From the NCBI RefSeq assembly GCF_032062105.1, contig NW_026935527.1:62001-126000 (forward strand): a DNA stretch of 64,000 nucleotides, given 5' to 3'. Below the pieces are notes generated by a model that saw only the letters and a program-made list of their open reading frames with translations, searched no databases and was not told where the DNA came from. The translations under genes and the position numbers were made by a program. The stretch is from Saccostrea cucullata (lineage: Eukaryota). Shown here piece after piece: positions 51,677 to 63,339 of the stretch (the first letter of the stretch is position 1; each line of letters begins with the position of its first letter).

Positions 51677-53159
51677 ATGATGGATGTGAGTTCAAGTTCC
51701 AGTCTTTTTAGATCATTTCTGGATTCTTTTACTGGATTCACAAATCCAATAAATGACAATCATGATGACGTGCATATTAATGTGGACATACCAAGCTTTC
51801 TAAAAGTCACCACCAATAAGAGGAGCTTTACTGTGAACTTTGACCAAGAAAAATATGAAATTATTTTTTCATATTTGCAACAGGAATTGTTATGTGAGAA
51901 AACTACTAAGGGAGATGGCCATATTTTTTAAGACTAGTTGTAGATCTGTTACAGCTACAATTTACAGAAGTACCTCGGTACTCCATATTCAGGGGAGTAC
52001 AGCATCATCATGGTGCGAGAAATTCATTGAGGAAATAAGTGTTTACGCATGTGACACGAATGAAACAAATATCATTATTTCCCAACCGCCGCCACAAATG
52101 GCATCTACGCCAAGGAGGAACCTATCGAATTATGCTCCGTGTAATGAAACTCAAGAATGCAGCAGGTGCTGTAATTCTGCCTTACGCGTGGAGGAACTTT
52201 CATCAATTGTTCAACGCTTAACGCAGGAAATCGAGTCGTTAAAAAAGGAACTGAGTGAAAATGCAAATAAACGTGTAACCAGTTCAAGTACTCAGACAAC
52301 CTGTACAGTCCTCAAACATAAAGGCAATTGTACAAATGATCTGCCAAAGGCTTCTAACAATGTCACTTCTAGACATGTACAGTGTAATGAAGTTATACCA
52401 GAAGTATCTATGAAAGAAGGCTCTACAAACACAGAACCACAACAACCTGTGCACCGGAAACTAGGAAACAGTTCCGTCCAGAAACAACGTAATTCCACAT
52501 CTAGCAACCAGCAGAAAACTACACTCCTGATCGGAAGTTCAATTCTGCAACGTATTAAAACCCGTGGGTTATGTTCAAATGTTAGTGTGAGTACCAACAG
52601 AGGAGCCAGCATTTCTTATATTCGTAAGAAATTGCAGCAATACGATGTGTCTTCTCTAGAAAATGTCATAATTCAGGCTGGAGGAAATGATGCCTCAAAT
52701 AAACGGAATATGGAAGCAGTAGAAAATGACTTTTCCGAGATAATAATGGATCTGAAGAAGAGGAATTCAAATATTAATGTTTTCATTTGTGAAGTCATGC
52801 CTCGAAAAGATGCATTGATCATTGATGTGAATGAAGCTATCCGTTTTGTGTGCGAAGAGTATGGTGCGACAGTGATTAAATCAAGTCAAATTTTCAAAGC
52901 CTGGAATTCCCCTTTATACTGGAAGGACGGTATACATTTATCTGACCAAGGAACCGCCTCTCTGTTGAAACTATACAATAAGCATGTCCCAGTTCTGAAG
53001 CAACATCAAGTACCGGCTCCCTCCGCATCGATAAAATATACGTGCTGCTACTTCTGTGGAGAACAAGGCCATTCATCCAGGAATTGTAGACATGGGAGCA
53101 AAGTAGACTGTTGGCAGTGTGGGGAACCTGGCCACAAACAAAAGTTCTGTCCGTACTAG
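51677..53159 (+). CDS. LINE ORF1p: coiled coil + SGNH/GDSL esterase + two C-terminal CCHC zinc knuckles; one +1 frameshift at ~51924-51931
   Basis: VEELSSIVQRLTQEIESLKKEL; LLIGSSI / RGA / AGGND / DGIHL esterase blocks; CYFCGEQGHSSRNC and CWQCGEPGHKQKFC. Confidence 0.85.
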
Positions 53160-53467
53160 AATAGGGGCAACGAATGTCTGGCCGAATATACAGAGAGTAT
53201 TTCATTAAGTCTGCAAAATAACTTTTTACCTCTCGAAACTTTATGTTCAGAATGCAACAAAAATTCATGTAAATGTATCTTAAAAAATTCTCAAATAGAA
53301 TTTTTAGCTGCCAAAAATATACATTATCTCAAAACTAAGCAAAAATCTAATTCTAAACAGGAGATAAACAAAAGCCTAGCCCTGAAAGTCTAAATTCTAC
53401 CAAAGCAATAAACATCTCTAATAAATGTGCCCCGACAAATTCTGGTTTTGGTCTAGTTAAAAAAGGT

Positions 53468-56293
53468 TTGCGTTTCGGAAATTTTAACGTGTGTCATCTT
53501 TTACCCAAATTAGACGAAATGAAATTAATTTTACAAAATGAACGATCTATGGATGTGTTGGGGCTTTGTGAATCTTTTTTAAATGAACAAATTAGTGACG
53601 CAGATTTGAATATAGATGGTTATGTACTTGAAAGAAAAGATCGACAAAATAAGGGAGGTGGTGGAATAGTTATTTATGTCTCAAATAATCTATCCTATAA
53701 GCGTCGACAAGATTTAGAAATTAGTAACATAGAAACAATATGGTTAGAAATCAATTTAAAAAACACAAAGCCTATCCTCTATTGTTCTGCATATCGCCCA
53801 CCATCTGCACCCACCTGCTGGGTGGAGGACCTAGCTAGGGAGATAAATCGTGCCTCCTGCTGTGATGACCAAGAAATCATACTTACAGGTGACTTTAATA
53901 TTGATCTACTAAAAGACCCCCCTCTATCCTGGACATCTGCACTAGAAGAATTTGGACTAACTCAATTAATTACCACACCTACTAGAATTACTAACACCTC
54001 ATCTACCCTTATTGATCATTTCTACACTACCCAACCTGACCTCATCTGTGAAATCCAAGTACCACCCATAGCTATGTCTGACCATTACCCTGTTTGTGCA
54101 ACACGCAGATCTAACAGCATGCAGCGTAAGGGAAAACACACTGAAATTCAATACCGCGACTTTAAGAATTTTAATGAAGAAAAATTTCTTTCCGATTTAA
54201 AAAGTGTCAATTTTGATGCCCTTACGAATTTGGACAATCCTAACGATATCTTAGCGAACTTTTACAATATGTTTAATACTATTCTAAATAGTCACGCTAA
54301 AGTAAAGACTAAACGTGTGAAAACTGAGTCTCGTCCAAAATGGTTAACACAAGAAATTAATGATGCTAGACAATTACGAGATTACTATCATCAACACAAA
54401 GACTTTGAAAATTTTCGACATTGGAGGAATAAAGTTACGCTTTTGATTAATAATGCTAAATGTACTTATTATAAATCAGCTATTGAGGAGAGCTCTAATC
54501 CTAAAGAACTCTGGAGCTATCTGAACCATTTATCCTCAAAGCCAAAATATTTTTTTCCTACTCATATTAAGGACAACGGATCAGAAATTAACGATACACA
54601 AGGTATTGTCAATGTTTTTAATGAACACTTTACAAAAATTTCTAGCAATTTATTAAATGAATTACCAAAGCGTAACTTTAAACCAGAAAAGTTGAAAGAA
54701 TTCACAAAGTCAAAACTTAATGATGAAAATGTATTTAGCTTACTTCCTATAAGACAAGACGAGGTCTTCTCAATGCTATGCAAACTTGACATTAATAAAT
54801 CGGCAGGTATAGATTTCATTGGTCCCCGCCTCTTAAGACTCTCTGCTGATATAATTTCTAAGCCTATAACTCATCTAATTAACACTAGCATTACTAATGG
54901 CATCTTTCCTTTGCATCTGAAACAAGCTAAAGTCACCCCTATATATAAAAAGGGCGATAAAAATGATCCAAGTAATTACAGACCAATATCAATCTTACCG
55001 ACTTTATCAAAAATTTTTGAAAAACATGTTGCTAATCAAGTACGTGAATTCACCAGAGCTTTTGACCTCATTACAAACTCACAGAGTGGCTTTAGGGAAT
55101 TCCACTCTTGCCAAACGGCACTTACCAAACTTACTGACAGCTGGTTGCATGCAATGGATCAAGGGAATCTCACTGGCATAGCATTTCTAGATTTCAGTAA
55201 AGCATTTGATTTAGTCAGTCATGATCTCTTAATTGAGAAATTGAGGCACTATAACTTTGATTCACTTACAATTAAATGGTTTCAGTCTTATTTAAATGAA
55301 AGAACCCAAAGTGTTAAAATTGGTGCATGTTCTTCTGATATCTTACCTATCACAGCAGGGGTGCCCCAGGGATCTATTTTAGGTCCACTGCTATTTTTAT
55401 TGTACATAAATGACCTCCCCCTATGTGTCAATCACTGTAATATTGATATGTTTGCAGATGATGCAACTCTGCATTTATCTGATAACAATGTACATAATAT
55501 TGAAACATTTTTGAATTATGATTTATGCGAAATTGAAAACTGGTGTTTACAGAACCAAATGATTCTGAACACGAACAAATCAAAATCTATGCTTATGTGT
55601 ACACAACAAAAAAGGTCAAAATTAGATATTCCAGAACTTAATACAGAAATTTCTGGAGAAAAGCTTGAAAATGTTAATGTTGAAAAACTTTTAGGTGTCT
55701 ATATAGATCAAAATCTTCATTATAATTATCATGTAGATTCAGTTTGTAAATCCTTAACATACAAGTTATTTACACTCCGTAAAATTAAGAAATTTCTTCC
55801 ATTAAATACCAGAAAACTTTTTTATAATGCATATATTTTGCCTTCAATAAACTATTGTCTTACAATATGGGGCAATGCATCTAAAACTAGCATTGAAAGA
55901 ATTCATAAACTTCAGAAACGGGCTGCTAGAATTATTCTTGATGCAGCACCCGACGAACAATCAAAACCTTTGTTTGAAAAACTGGGATGGCTAAATGTAT
56001 TTGAATTAGTCACTCTACATAAGTGTAATTTATTGTACAAAACTTTTTATGGTATGAGCCCCGAATATCTCCAGGACCTTTTTGTTTTTCATAGCAATGA
56101 TTCCTATTCCTTACGTTCAGAATTAAATTATAATCTTCGTTTACCAAAACATAGAACAATTTTATTTACAAATTCTATTCAATATTCAGGTGTAAATTTA
56201 TGGAATAACCTACCATTACATATAAAATTATCACCAACCTTACCTATTTTTAGACGAAATGTAGAAAAAATTATAATTAGCCAACGTATGTAA
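53468..56293 (+). CDS. LINE ORF2p: apurinic-like endonuclease + reverse transcriptase, uninterrupted ~941 aa
   Basis: NV, LCES, YRPP, GDFN, LIDH, SDH (APE); NYRPIS, QSGFR, DFSKAFD, GVPQGSILGPLLF, FADD, KLLGV (RT). Confidence 0.95.
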   Translation: MRFGNFNVCHLLPKLDEMKLILQNERSMDVLGLCESFLNEQISDADLNIDGYVLERKDRQNKGGGGIVIYVSNNLSYKRRQDLEISNIETIWLEINLKNTKPILYCSAYRPPSAPTCWVEDLAREINRASCCDDQEIILTGDFNIDLLKDPPLSWTSALEEFGLTQLITTPTRITNTSSTLIDHFYTTQPDLICEIQVPPIAMSDHYPVCATRRSNSMQRKGKHTEIQYRDFKNFNEEKFLSDLKSVNFDALTNLDNPNDILANFYNMFNTILNSHAKVKTKRVKTESRPKWLTQEINDARQLRDYYHQHKDFENFRHWRNKVTLLINNAKCTYYKSAIEESSNPKELWSYLNHLSSKPKYFFPTHIKDNGSEINDTQGIVNVFNEHFTKISSNLLNELPKRNFKPEKLKEFTKSKLNDENVFSLLPIRQDEVFSMLCKLDINKSAGIDFIGPRLLRLSADIISKPITHLINTSITNGIFPLHLKQAKVTPIYKKGDKNDPSNYRPISILPTLSKIFEKHVANQVREFTRAFDLITNSQSGFREFHSCQTALTKLTDSWLHAMDQGNLTGIAFLDFSKAFDLVSHDLLIEKLRHYNFDSLTIKWFQSYLNERTQSVKIGACSSDILPITAGVPQGSILGPLLFLLYINDLPLCVNHCNIDMFADDATLHLSDNNVHNIETFLNYDLCEIENWCLQNQMILNTNKSKSMLMCTQQKRSKLDIPELNTEISGEKLENVNVEKLLGVYIDQNLHYNYHVDSVCKSLTYKLFTLRKIKKFLPLNTRKLFYNAYILPSINYCLTIWGNASKTSIERIHKLQKRAARIILDAAPDEQSKPLFEKLGWLNVFELVTLHKCNLLYKTFYGMSPEYLQDLFVFHSNDSYSLRSELNYNLRLPKHRTILFTNSIQYSGVNLWNNLPLHIKLSPTLPIFRRNVEKIIISQRM

Positions 56294-56553
56294 ATAAATG
56301 TTTGAATATGTCCTTTGTACAAAATGTTTGACTATTACTATTGTTTAAGACAATGTCTCTTGAACAATTAATATTGACTTCTTTATTAATTTTGAATCTA
56401 TATCTCATTTAGATGTACATTACATTATGCACTAACGAACTCTACATGTTTTATCTTTGATTGTATCATTTTATGTAATATGTTGTTTGAAATTAGAAGG
56501 CCCCGGGGAAGAATAGTACCTGGTACTAATCGGGTTACCTTCTCTAAATAAAG

Positions 56554-56586
<33 letters not shown>

Positions 56587-57055
56587 CTTGTCATGTCTAC
56601 GAGAGTAACAAAGCAAGTGAACATTTGTCAATACAAAAGAACAATAAACGATAACTGAAAACATCGCAGCTTCGAGGGATAAACAAAAGTCCAACATTTA
56701 CAATGAACCACAAGTCACCGCTTTGTGACCATAACAAAATTAAATCTTTGATACGAAATCTCATCTTACAGAACTAAAACGATAGGTAACGACATTAACT
56801 TTAATACATATTTGATTAATACGTAATCGAATCATTTTCTAGCAATATATCTGAATAAAATGAAAAAAATATAGGGTAATTCAAAGGAAATATCTCTAAC
56901 ATAAGTTTGACTTAGCTAGGACCTAGCTAAGTTCGTTTTATGTTACGGTTTAAGACATACTTAAGTAGTACTAAGACAGGTCCTAAGATTGTGCCTAAAA
57001 CGTACTTATGACCCTACTTAAGTCAAAAACTTAACAAGCTTTATGTTACGAGACC

Positions 57056-57460
57056 CAGGTGCTCAGGAGATGGTAGCATCCCTCTGACGACCGGGCACAC
57101 CCATCGTGGGTCCCGTGTACTCATTGGGTAGACGGAACGTTTTATATAGTCAAAATTCAGTAGTAAAATATAGGCCTTAGAATTGGTATGAAAAACGTCA
57201 ACCAAAATACAATCAAATAGCCAGAATACAACCAAATGATAGGTTATTTTGTTCAAACAAGGTCCTTATTACAACCAAAGAATTTATGAAATGTTGACTT
57301 TTAAAGAGGTTGTTGAAATCCTTGTATCATCGACTTATTTTGAGTAATTTCCTTCGGTTAAATGATCATACTCGTAGCAAACTCTTGAGTATCAAATTAG
57401 TTGAGAGGTGTAAACACCATATGCAGGTGATAGCGGCATATTACTACATAACTAAGGAAA
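57056..57460 (-). mobile_element. Penelope-like remnant (reverse), host of the Harbinger and hAT insertions
   Basis: gtgctcaggagatggtagcatccc...accgggcacacc is the reverse 3' module; reverse RT tail continues to 57460 and resumes at 58438. Confidence 0.6.
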
Positions 57461-58429
57461 TAGGGCTGGGTATTGACCAGAGATTTCGTATTGCGATATA
57501 TCGCGATATTTTAACTGTATTGCGATATGTATTGCAATATTTTCAACGAAACTAATAATGGCATATTCTTATTATATTACCTTTAATTTAGATGCAGAAA
57601 GTTCATAACTATGATCAGTAACCAAAAAAAAATAATCTTTAGTTATGCTCTGAAAGAAGAAGGTATGGTTTTAGCTTTCTTGCGCCCTAAAAATGTAATG
57701 ACATCAAAAAGTTTTGAAACTGGCTTAAATATTAGATAAATATATGACTGTGATAAATCTGGAAAGAATATAGCATGAAGGTTTACCATTCTGCAATTAT
57801 GACGTCATTAATGTGAAGCATTTCTCTATTTTCAACAGAAAAAGCCTCAAAATGGCCCATTTCAAGGGTGATTTTCCTTTAGAAAACAGTGTTCACAGCC
57901 GTCGCCCACACTTATTTTTTGATATTTTGTGCAAAATTCAATAACAAATCACATATCTCAAAATCTGTGTGGGCAATGCCTGTGGACAATGTTTTCTGAA
58001 AGGAAATTCCATTGAAAATTGATGTCTTCAGCAACTTTTTAAGAAAATACGGGAAAATGCACATGTTTATGACGTCATAATTAGCATTTAAAAACATATG
58101 TGAGAAAAATTATTTGTATGATTTTTTCTGCTTTGAATTTTAATTATTTAAAAAGCATGAGTTTTCAACTTTTACACCAGTTTCATTTTTTAGAAAATCA
58201 CAGGGCAAAATTTGTATGGAAACCATACCTTGCTCTTCACCCACAAGACAGCTTCTTTTGTACTTTTTGGCTTCATAACAAATCTTTCTTACATTGATTT
58301 TTATATTTAATGATAAAATTCCCTAGTCTAAGTTTTTGGCCGGTATATCGATATTACAAAAACGTATTGCGATATTTTTTGTCATTGTATTGCAATATAC
58401 CGAAATATCGATATTATTGCCCAGCCCTA
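57461..58429. mobile_element. hAT-type MITE with 8-bp TSD (TAAGGAAA), containing a further nested TIR element (~57661-58230)
   Basis: tagggctggg ... cccagcccta; taaggaaa at 57453-57460 and 58430-58437; inner aggtatggttt ... aaaccatacct. Confidence 0.85.
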
Positions 58430-59118
58430 TAAGGAAAGTTGACGATGAAAATGTTAAAATCATCTTGTTTGACCAACAACAGAATTCTTAGAACACGGAC
58501 CCCTCAAAATTTCTTGAGTAGGATCAGTTGACTAGTAGTAGTGAACATGCTTTCTTGGATGGTTACTGACACCGTGAACCCTATGTATTGATCAAGTAGA
58601 CGGAACATTCAATAGTCAAATGTAAAAAGAAATCATCTCCTAAAATAATTATTATAGAGATATTTCCTTGACCTACCTCCATACATTTCGAGGTCCGATG
58701 TATGTATTTTCATGGGCCTCGTCAACATTACATAAAAATCCTCCTATAGAAGCACATTTAATCTAAAATGTCAAATCAAATTCCGTGACTCGCAATCTGG
58801 TTTTAGTGAACAAAACAAATCTTACTTATTTATTATTCAAATTGTGAATTTCATTAAATAAATAACCACAGTTATAAGCATGAAAAATTATATTGAAAAA
58901 AATCTTTCTGAGATAAAAGGAAAAGGGGGCTTTTTTTTATTTCCAAAGCTTGATATTGCTAAAATAATCAAACTAATATTTACGGACGCCTGCCACCATG
59001 ATAGTCTGTCTCTGCTGAAATAATAACAGGTCCCGTGATACAAACTCCAGCCATAAGAACAAGACCTTTTAGCAACTTTGGCGGCAACATATCCAAAACT
59101 GCTGTATTTGGGAGCTTA

Positions 59119-59579
59119 GTATACAGTTATCCACTGGTTGTGAGTGGGATAGATCTTTTATCAAACCCGCGACAGGGAACTATTCCCCGCGGGCTTGCCC
59201 GAGGGAAATAGTTCCTGTCAAGGGTTTGATAAAATAGCTATCCCACTCACAACCAGTGGATAAGCGTTTTATCATACTGATGTATGATATAATTTTTGAA
59301 TGATGAATATGTTTGGAGTAAGATAATACTGCAAGAATAATCTGAAATCCTGATGACGTCACAATGCTACTGAAGTCATTATGACATCAACATTCTATAG
59401 ATTTATTGCTGGAAATCAAAATTGGCGGCAAAAAATGCATGAAAATTTTCCGAGGGGTGGTTAGCAAAAACTATATCCCGGGGTATAGCTTTCCTATGCA
59501 TGGAAATTTTCAGACTATAAAAGATAGTTATTTTACCTTCTGAACTTTATATAGGAAACATTTTAACCGAAGTATAATA
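59119..59579. mobile_element. ~460-bp element with a long subterminal hairpin (Crypton-like), inserted in lectin B2 exon 2
   Basis: ttatccactggttgtgagtgggatag...ctatcccactcacaaccagtggataa hairpin (59128-59263); the flanks rejoin to B-type exon 2. Confidence 0.75.
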
Positions 59580-60050
59580 TTCATAGCTAGCTTTCACTGT
59601 AATTAAGATATAATAGAATTATTTGAATAGATTAAAAGAAAAAAGTTTCTTTCAATTTGCTTTGTCTTTTAAGATATTACAAAGTGCGAAGATAAGTAGA
59701 CAATTCATGACTGTAGCTTTTAGCATATTGCTAACGTTACATATTCTGTTCTTTTTACCGAGTTTCGTATCGTTTTCTTACATATGTGAAATGTAAATAT
59801 TCACGCCCTTTTCGTGTCAAAACATGCAGGAAAACTGTATTGTACTGATCGAAGGGAAAGAATAGAAGAACAGTATATGTATTGAATCGCAAATGGATAT
59901 GGGAGATATCGGGGCGGGAATTGAGTCCGTGTAAATGTGATATTATACCAAGACATAAAATGCATTGACCCTAATCAAATATGGTTGAATAGAAGTATAT
60001 ATATCGAGGACAATTTAAGAAACAAGTAGGTTTCCAAAATAGGCTTCAGC

Positions 60051-61244
60051 ATGAATACAGTGATTTTTGCTTGCCTTTTGCTCTCTGCAACACTTGCTAG
60101 TAAGTAAAACAATTAACAAACTGCGATATACATGATATAGTCATTCCTTATTGAGTATGTTTTACTCAGTTAATACAAGGGTGGGAAGAGAATAGAAAAT
60201 GTCTTCATCTTATGCTATTAATCTTGTAACAAAATATTTCAAAGTTATAAGTTAGCTAAAACAACAAAAAATATTCCATTAATGGGCGCAAATTTCATAA
60301 ATCCCCTGGTATATCAAATAAAAATGCTTTATCTATGTTTTTTTAATTTTTTCTTGTAGTCTCACAAGCTAGCTATAACATAAGACCAAGGTACAGTGCC
60401 TTTAAGTATGCTGCTGCCAAAGTTATTTCTGGTGGCTGCCCTTATGGATGGCATCAGTACAATAAACGTTGTTATTGGTTCAGGAGAGACAAACTGAACT
60501 GATACAGAGCTTCTGTAAGTAAAAAAAAAATATTTCAATATTTTTTTAAACAAAAAACCCCATTCTAAGAAAACCTGAATAAGCAGTGATTACAAACTAC
60601 TTAGTATTTAAAACGGTACTTTTTTTTTAAATTATACACAGTCTAACACGACTCAAACTATTCAGAGAATTTACGTATAATCGATATAGATGAGATGTGT
60701 CGCCATGGGAGGTTACCTGGTGTCCATTGACCAGTCCCACGAAAACACCTACGTAAGACATATGTGCAGCATTTACGGATGTAAGTCGTTGCTATCTATT
60801 AAGATTTGTTATCAAATATCAGCTCTCAATGAATCATAAATACAACTGATTGAAACTATGAAAACATGTGCAATTCAGATAGAAGAGGAGCATGGTTGGC
60901 TTTAAATGACGTTCTGAGACCAAACAAACATAGATGGTGCTGGGGATTTACGGTCAAGCCATGCCACAAATTTGACTGGTACGGTCAGGAACCAGTTTAT
61001 CATGAACATGGCGACTACAACTGCGGTGTATTCTGGAGATCATACAAATACCACTGGCATGTTGACAGCTGTGGTCAGGCTAACAACTATGTCTGCGAGA
61101 GACCACTGGTATGTCTCTTTAAGATACTGAGATTTATCTTTACCTAAAAGAAAATCAATACATGAATTTGAACATTTTTGAATCGTATTAACTGATTGGA
61201 AATTTTCTATTTTGCAGGGAAAACCATGCCGCTGTTCTTATTAG
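60051..61244 (+). pseudogene. C-type lectin A2 (paralog of A1) with a single in-frame TGA at 60500-60502; exons 60051-60099, 60360-60514, 60690-60780, 60879-61108, 61218-61244
   Basis: Same exon sizes as A1 (49/155/91/230/27), intact splice sites, and KLN*YRAS where A1 has KLNWYRAS. Could be a null allele or a sequencing error. Confidence 0.85.
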
Positions 61245-61627
61245 AAATGTATCTTAAATAAAGGGCTGAAATACTTGATCGGGTATTGTGTTGTTGTCAG
61301 TCAGCAAATATTACATTTATACATTTACATCATAACAAAGCATGTGAATAAGAAAGTATGTTCGACTTTTCTTGAAGTTATATTAACTTTGATCCGGGTT
61401 TTAGAATACTGGACAATACAAAGCTCACTGATGATGATTCAACACTGGGTAATATATTTGAGCTTAAGATTGTCAATATTCAATTGAAAAAGAAATAAAT
61501 GATTGTAGATTTTTTTTAATTTGAAAGGAATTAGTGATATCTGCAATTATTGATCTTTGTTGTTAATTTCTAAAAGTCTAAATGTGGTAGTTAGATCCAG
61601 AAGTTTCCAAATTGTTTGGTTGATTTG

Positions 61628-61760
61628 GAGAGACCGGCCGGCAGGAGGTGCTCACTCCTCCATGGCACGTGATCCCATCGCTGATATTTAAGAGGACCGT
61701 ATTTGCTCTGCCCCTTATTTGAATGGAATTTTTAGTTTAAAACTGTTCGTTATCTTCGTA
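61628..61760 (+). mobile_element. Penelope-like 3' module copy
   Basis: gaccggccggcaggaggtgctcactcctccatggcacgtgatccc...actgttcgttatc. Confidence 0.6.
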
Positions 61761-63339
61761 TATTTTATCACTTTTGATGTCAAAAATTAAATAACTTTAC
61801 CAAAGTTTCATTACATTCTAAATAATATGAATAGTATTGCATTCATTGGTAGTAAATACTGTGCCTTGTCTTATTGAATTACATTCTGATTCAAAAGAAT
61901 CTTTTAATTTTTAAATGTTATCTATATTAATTTATAAGATATAAAAGGAAGGTTTGGTGTCAACAAGGCCTTAACAGTGTGCCTGGTTATTTAATCCCAT
62001 TGATTAATGCCTATATTTTTCAAACATTCATTCATTTATATCTATAAGGAAGTATCTGACCTTTCAATCTTTTATGCAATAATACCATTAATAGTCACAG
62101 TAATTAAATAAATAAAACAGGATTATATTATCTGGGTTTACGTTTATTGATCGAACATTATACTTCAGACCTTTTTCTCCACACCAGATTGTACAAAAAT
62201 AGAATTATTTCAGTTTTCTGAACAAGTTTCTTTTTTATTTTTCTTTGAGAAAAAAATCATTGTCTGAAATATAAAGGTAACGAACTATAGAACCAAGCTT
62301 AAAATCTATTGGAGAATACAAACACAGGCCAATTAAACTCCAAAAGCAGAAGAAAAGCAAAACAAACAACAACAAAACAAACAAACAAACAAACAAAAAC
62401 CAAAACTAAACCAAAAAAATTCAAATTGGGAGAGTTTGTTTTGGCTGAAGAAAGAGACCAGTAGAATAAATGAATGAAAGTTTAGAATTGTCATAGAAAT
62501 TTTCGCATTAGAATATTCAGCAACCTCAATAAGAACAAAGAAAAGTAACTCCAATGTGGAAACCTATTGTGAAAAGTTAAATGATATAGGTATGTTATTT
62601 CATTTTGTTTTACAAGTAATTAAGAAGCATGTTTATAATATGTGTTTAAGGATCCTCAGCCAGGATAACTCTAATAATTATTCTTTCATTTAAAAAGTCT
62701 TAAATAAATCTGAACTTACCAATAATAAATGATACCTTTTACTTCTACATGTAATATTTAAAGAATTTAAATACAGTATAAGTAAAAAATGTCTTTTTCG
62801 CCAAATGCCCAGATAACTATAGTTTTTTCCTAAAATATATTTGTTGATGAATGTTTCATCAGAAAATAATAGTTGTTGCTTTCATTTGCATTTTCTGAAA
62901 AAAAAATCCTGTATAACATAATAAAAGTATATTATTTTACTTTAATGTAATACCATTGATATATACTAACGGTCATTTTTGTGAGCAACTTCTAACCTTC
63001 AAAAACTGAAGATCGGACATTGTTCTTGATAAATGTGATCACGTGATACAGGCACTCACGTAACATGCTCCGTAGCATTCTGTTCATAGAAGCTAGAATA
63101 GTTTTCCGAGTCTTATATTTCTTACCAGGTAATTTTATTTTTTTTAACAAAAACAGTACATTTGTCAGAAATGGCCTAATCTTGGAAATAGGATGGTCGG
63201 ATAAGAATATCCTTACCCCAGCATCCTCTGTCTTAGAATTTTTATCCTATATGGATATAAATTGGGCGTCTTCTTTTAATCATATCTGATATGATATATC
63301 TAACTTGGCGATCTTTCATAACAAATTACTCAACTAATT

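Larger units (their letters stand above)
51460..56586 (+). mobile_element. Near full-length CR1/L2-group LINE (ORF1 + APE-RT ORF2, (ATT)n tail)
   Basis: Two ORFs, then AATAAA and (att)10 at 56555-56586; the 5' boundary is approximate. Confidence 0.92.
50123..57055. mobile_element. Non-autonomous PIF/Harbinger-like element (3-bp CAG TSD) hosting the CR1-type LINE
   Basis: cag|ggggtcgtaacataaag ... ctttatgttacgagacc|cag; cttaag-rich subterminal repeats at both ends; removal restores gatcaggtgc of the Penelope-like module. Confidence 0.8.
49520..59708 (-). pseudogene. C-type lectin B2 pseudogene (paralog of B1); exon remnants ~59708-59681, 59596-58984 (interrupted), 58762-58677, 49906-49727, 49539-gap
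   Basis: Exon 2 matches B1 (APKYSSFGYVAAKVAKRSCSYGW) but is split by a ~460-bp insertion; exon 3 is 86 vs 91 nt; exon 4 is 180 vs 230 nt and has GGA>TGA; exon 5 has an extra A. Confidence 0.9.

Noticed and set aside
52105-55181. Antisense and alternate-frame ORFs within the LINE
   Set aside because: Shadows of ORF1/ORF2 with no independent motifs.
60500-61760. In-frame TGA of lectin A2 read as selenocysteine via the downstream retroelement module
   Set aside because: The TGA replaces a conserved structural Trp, not Cys; an AATAAA at ~61257 lies upstream of the module; no convincing SECIS helix.
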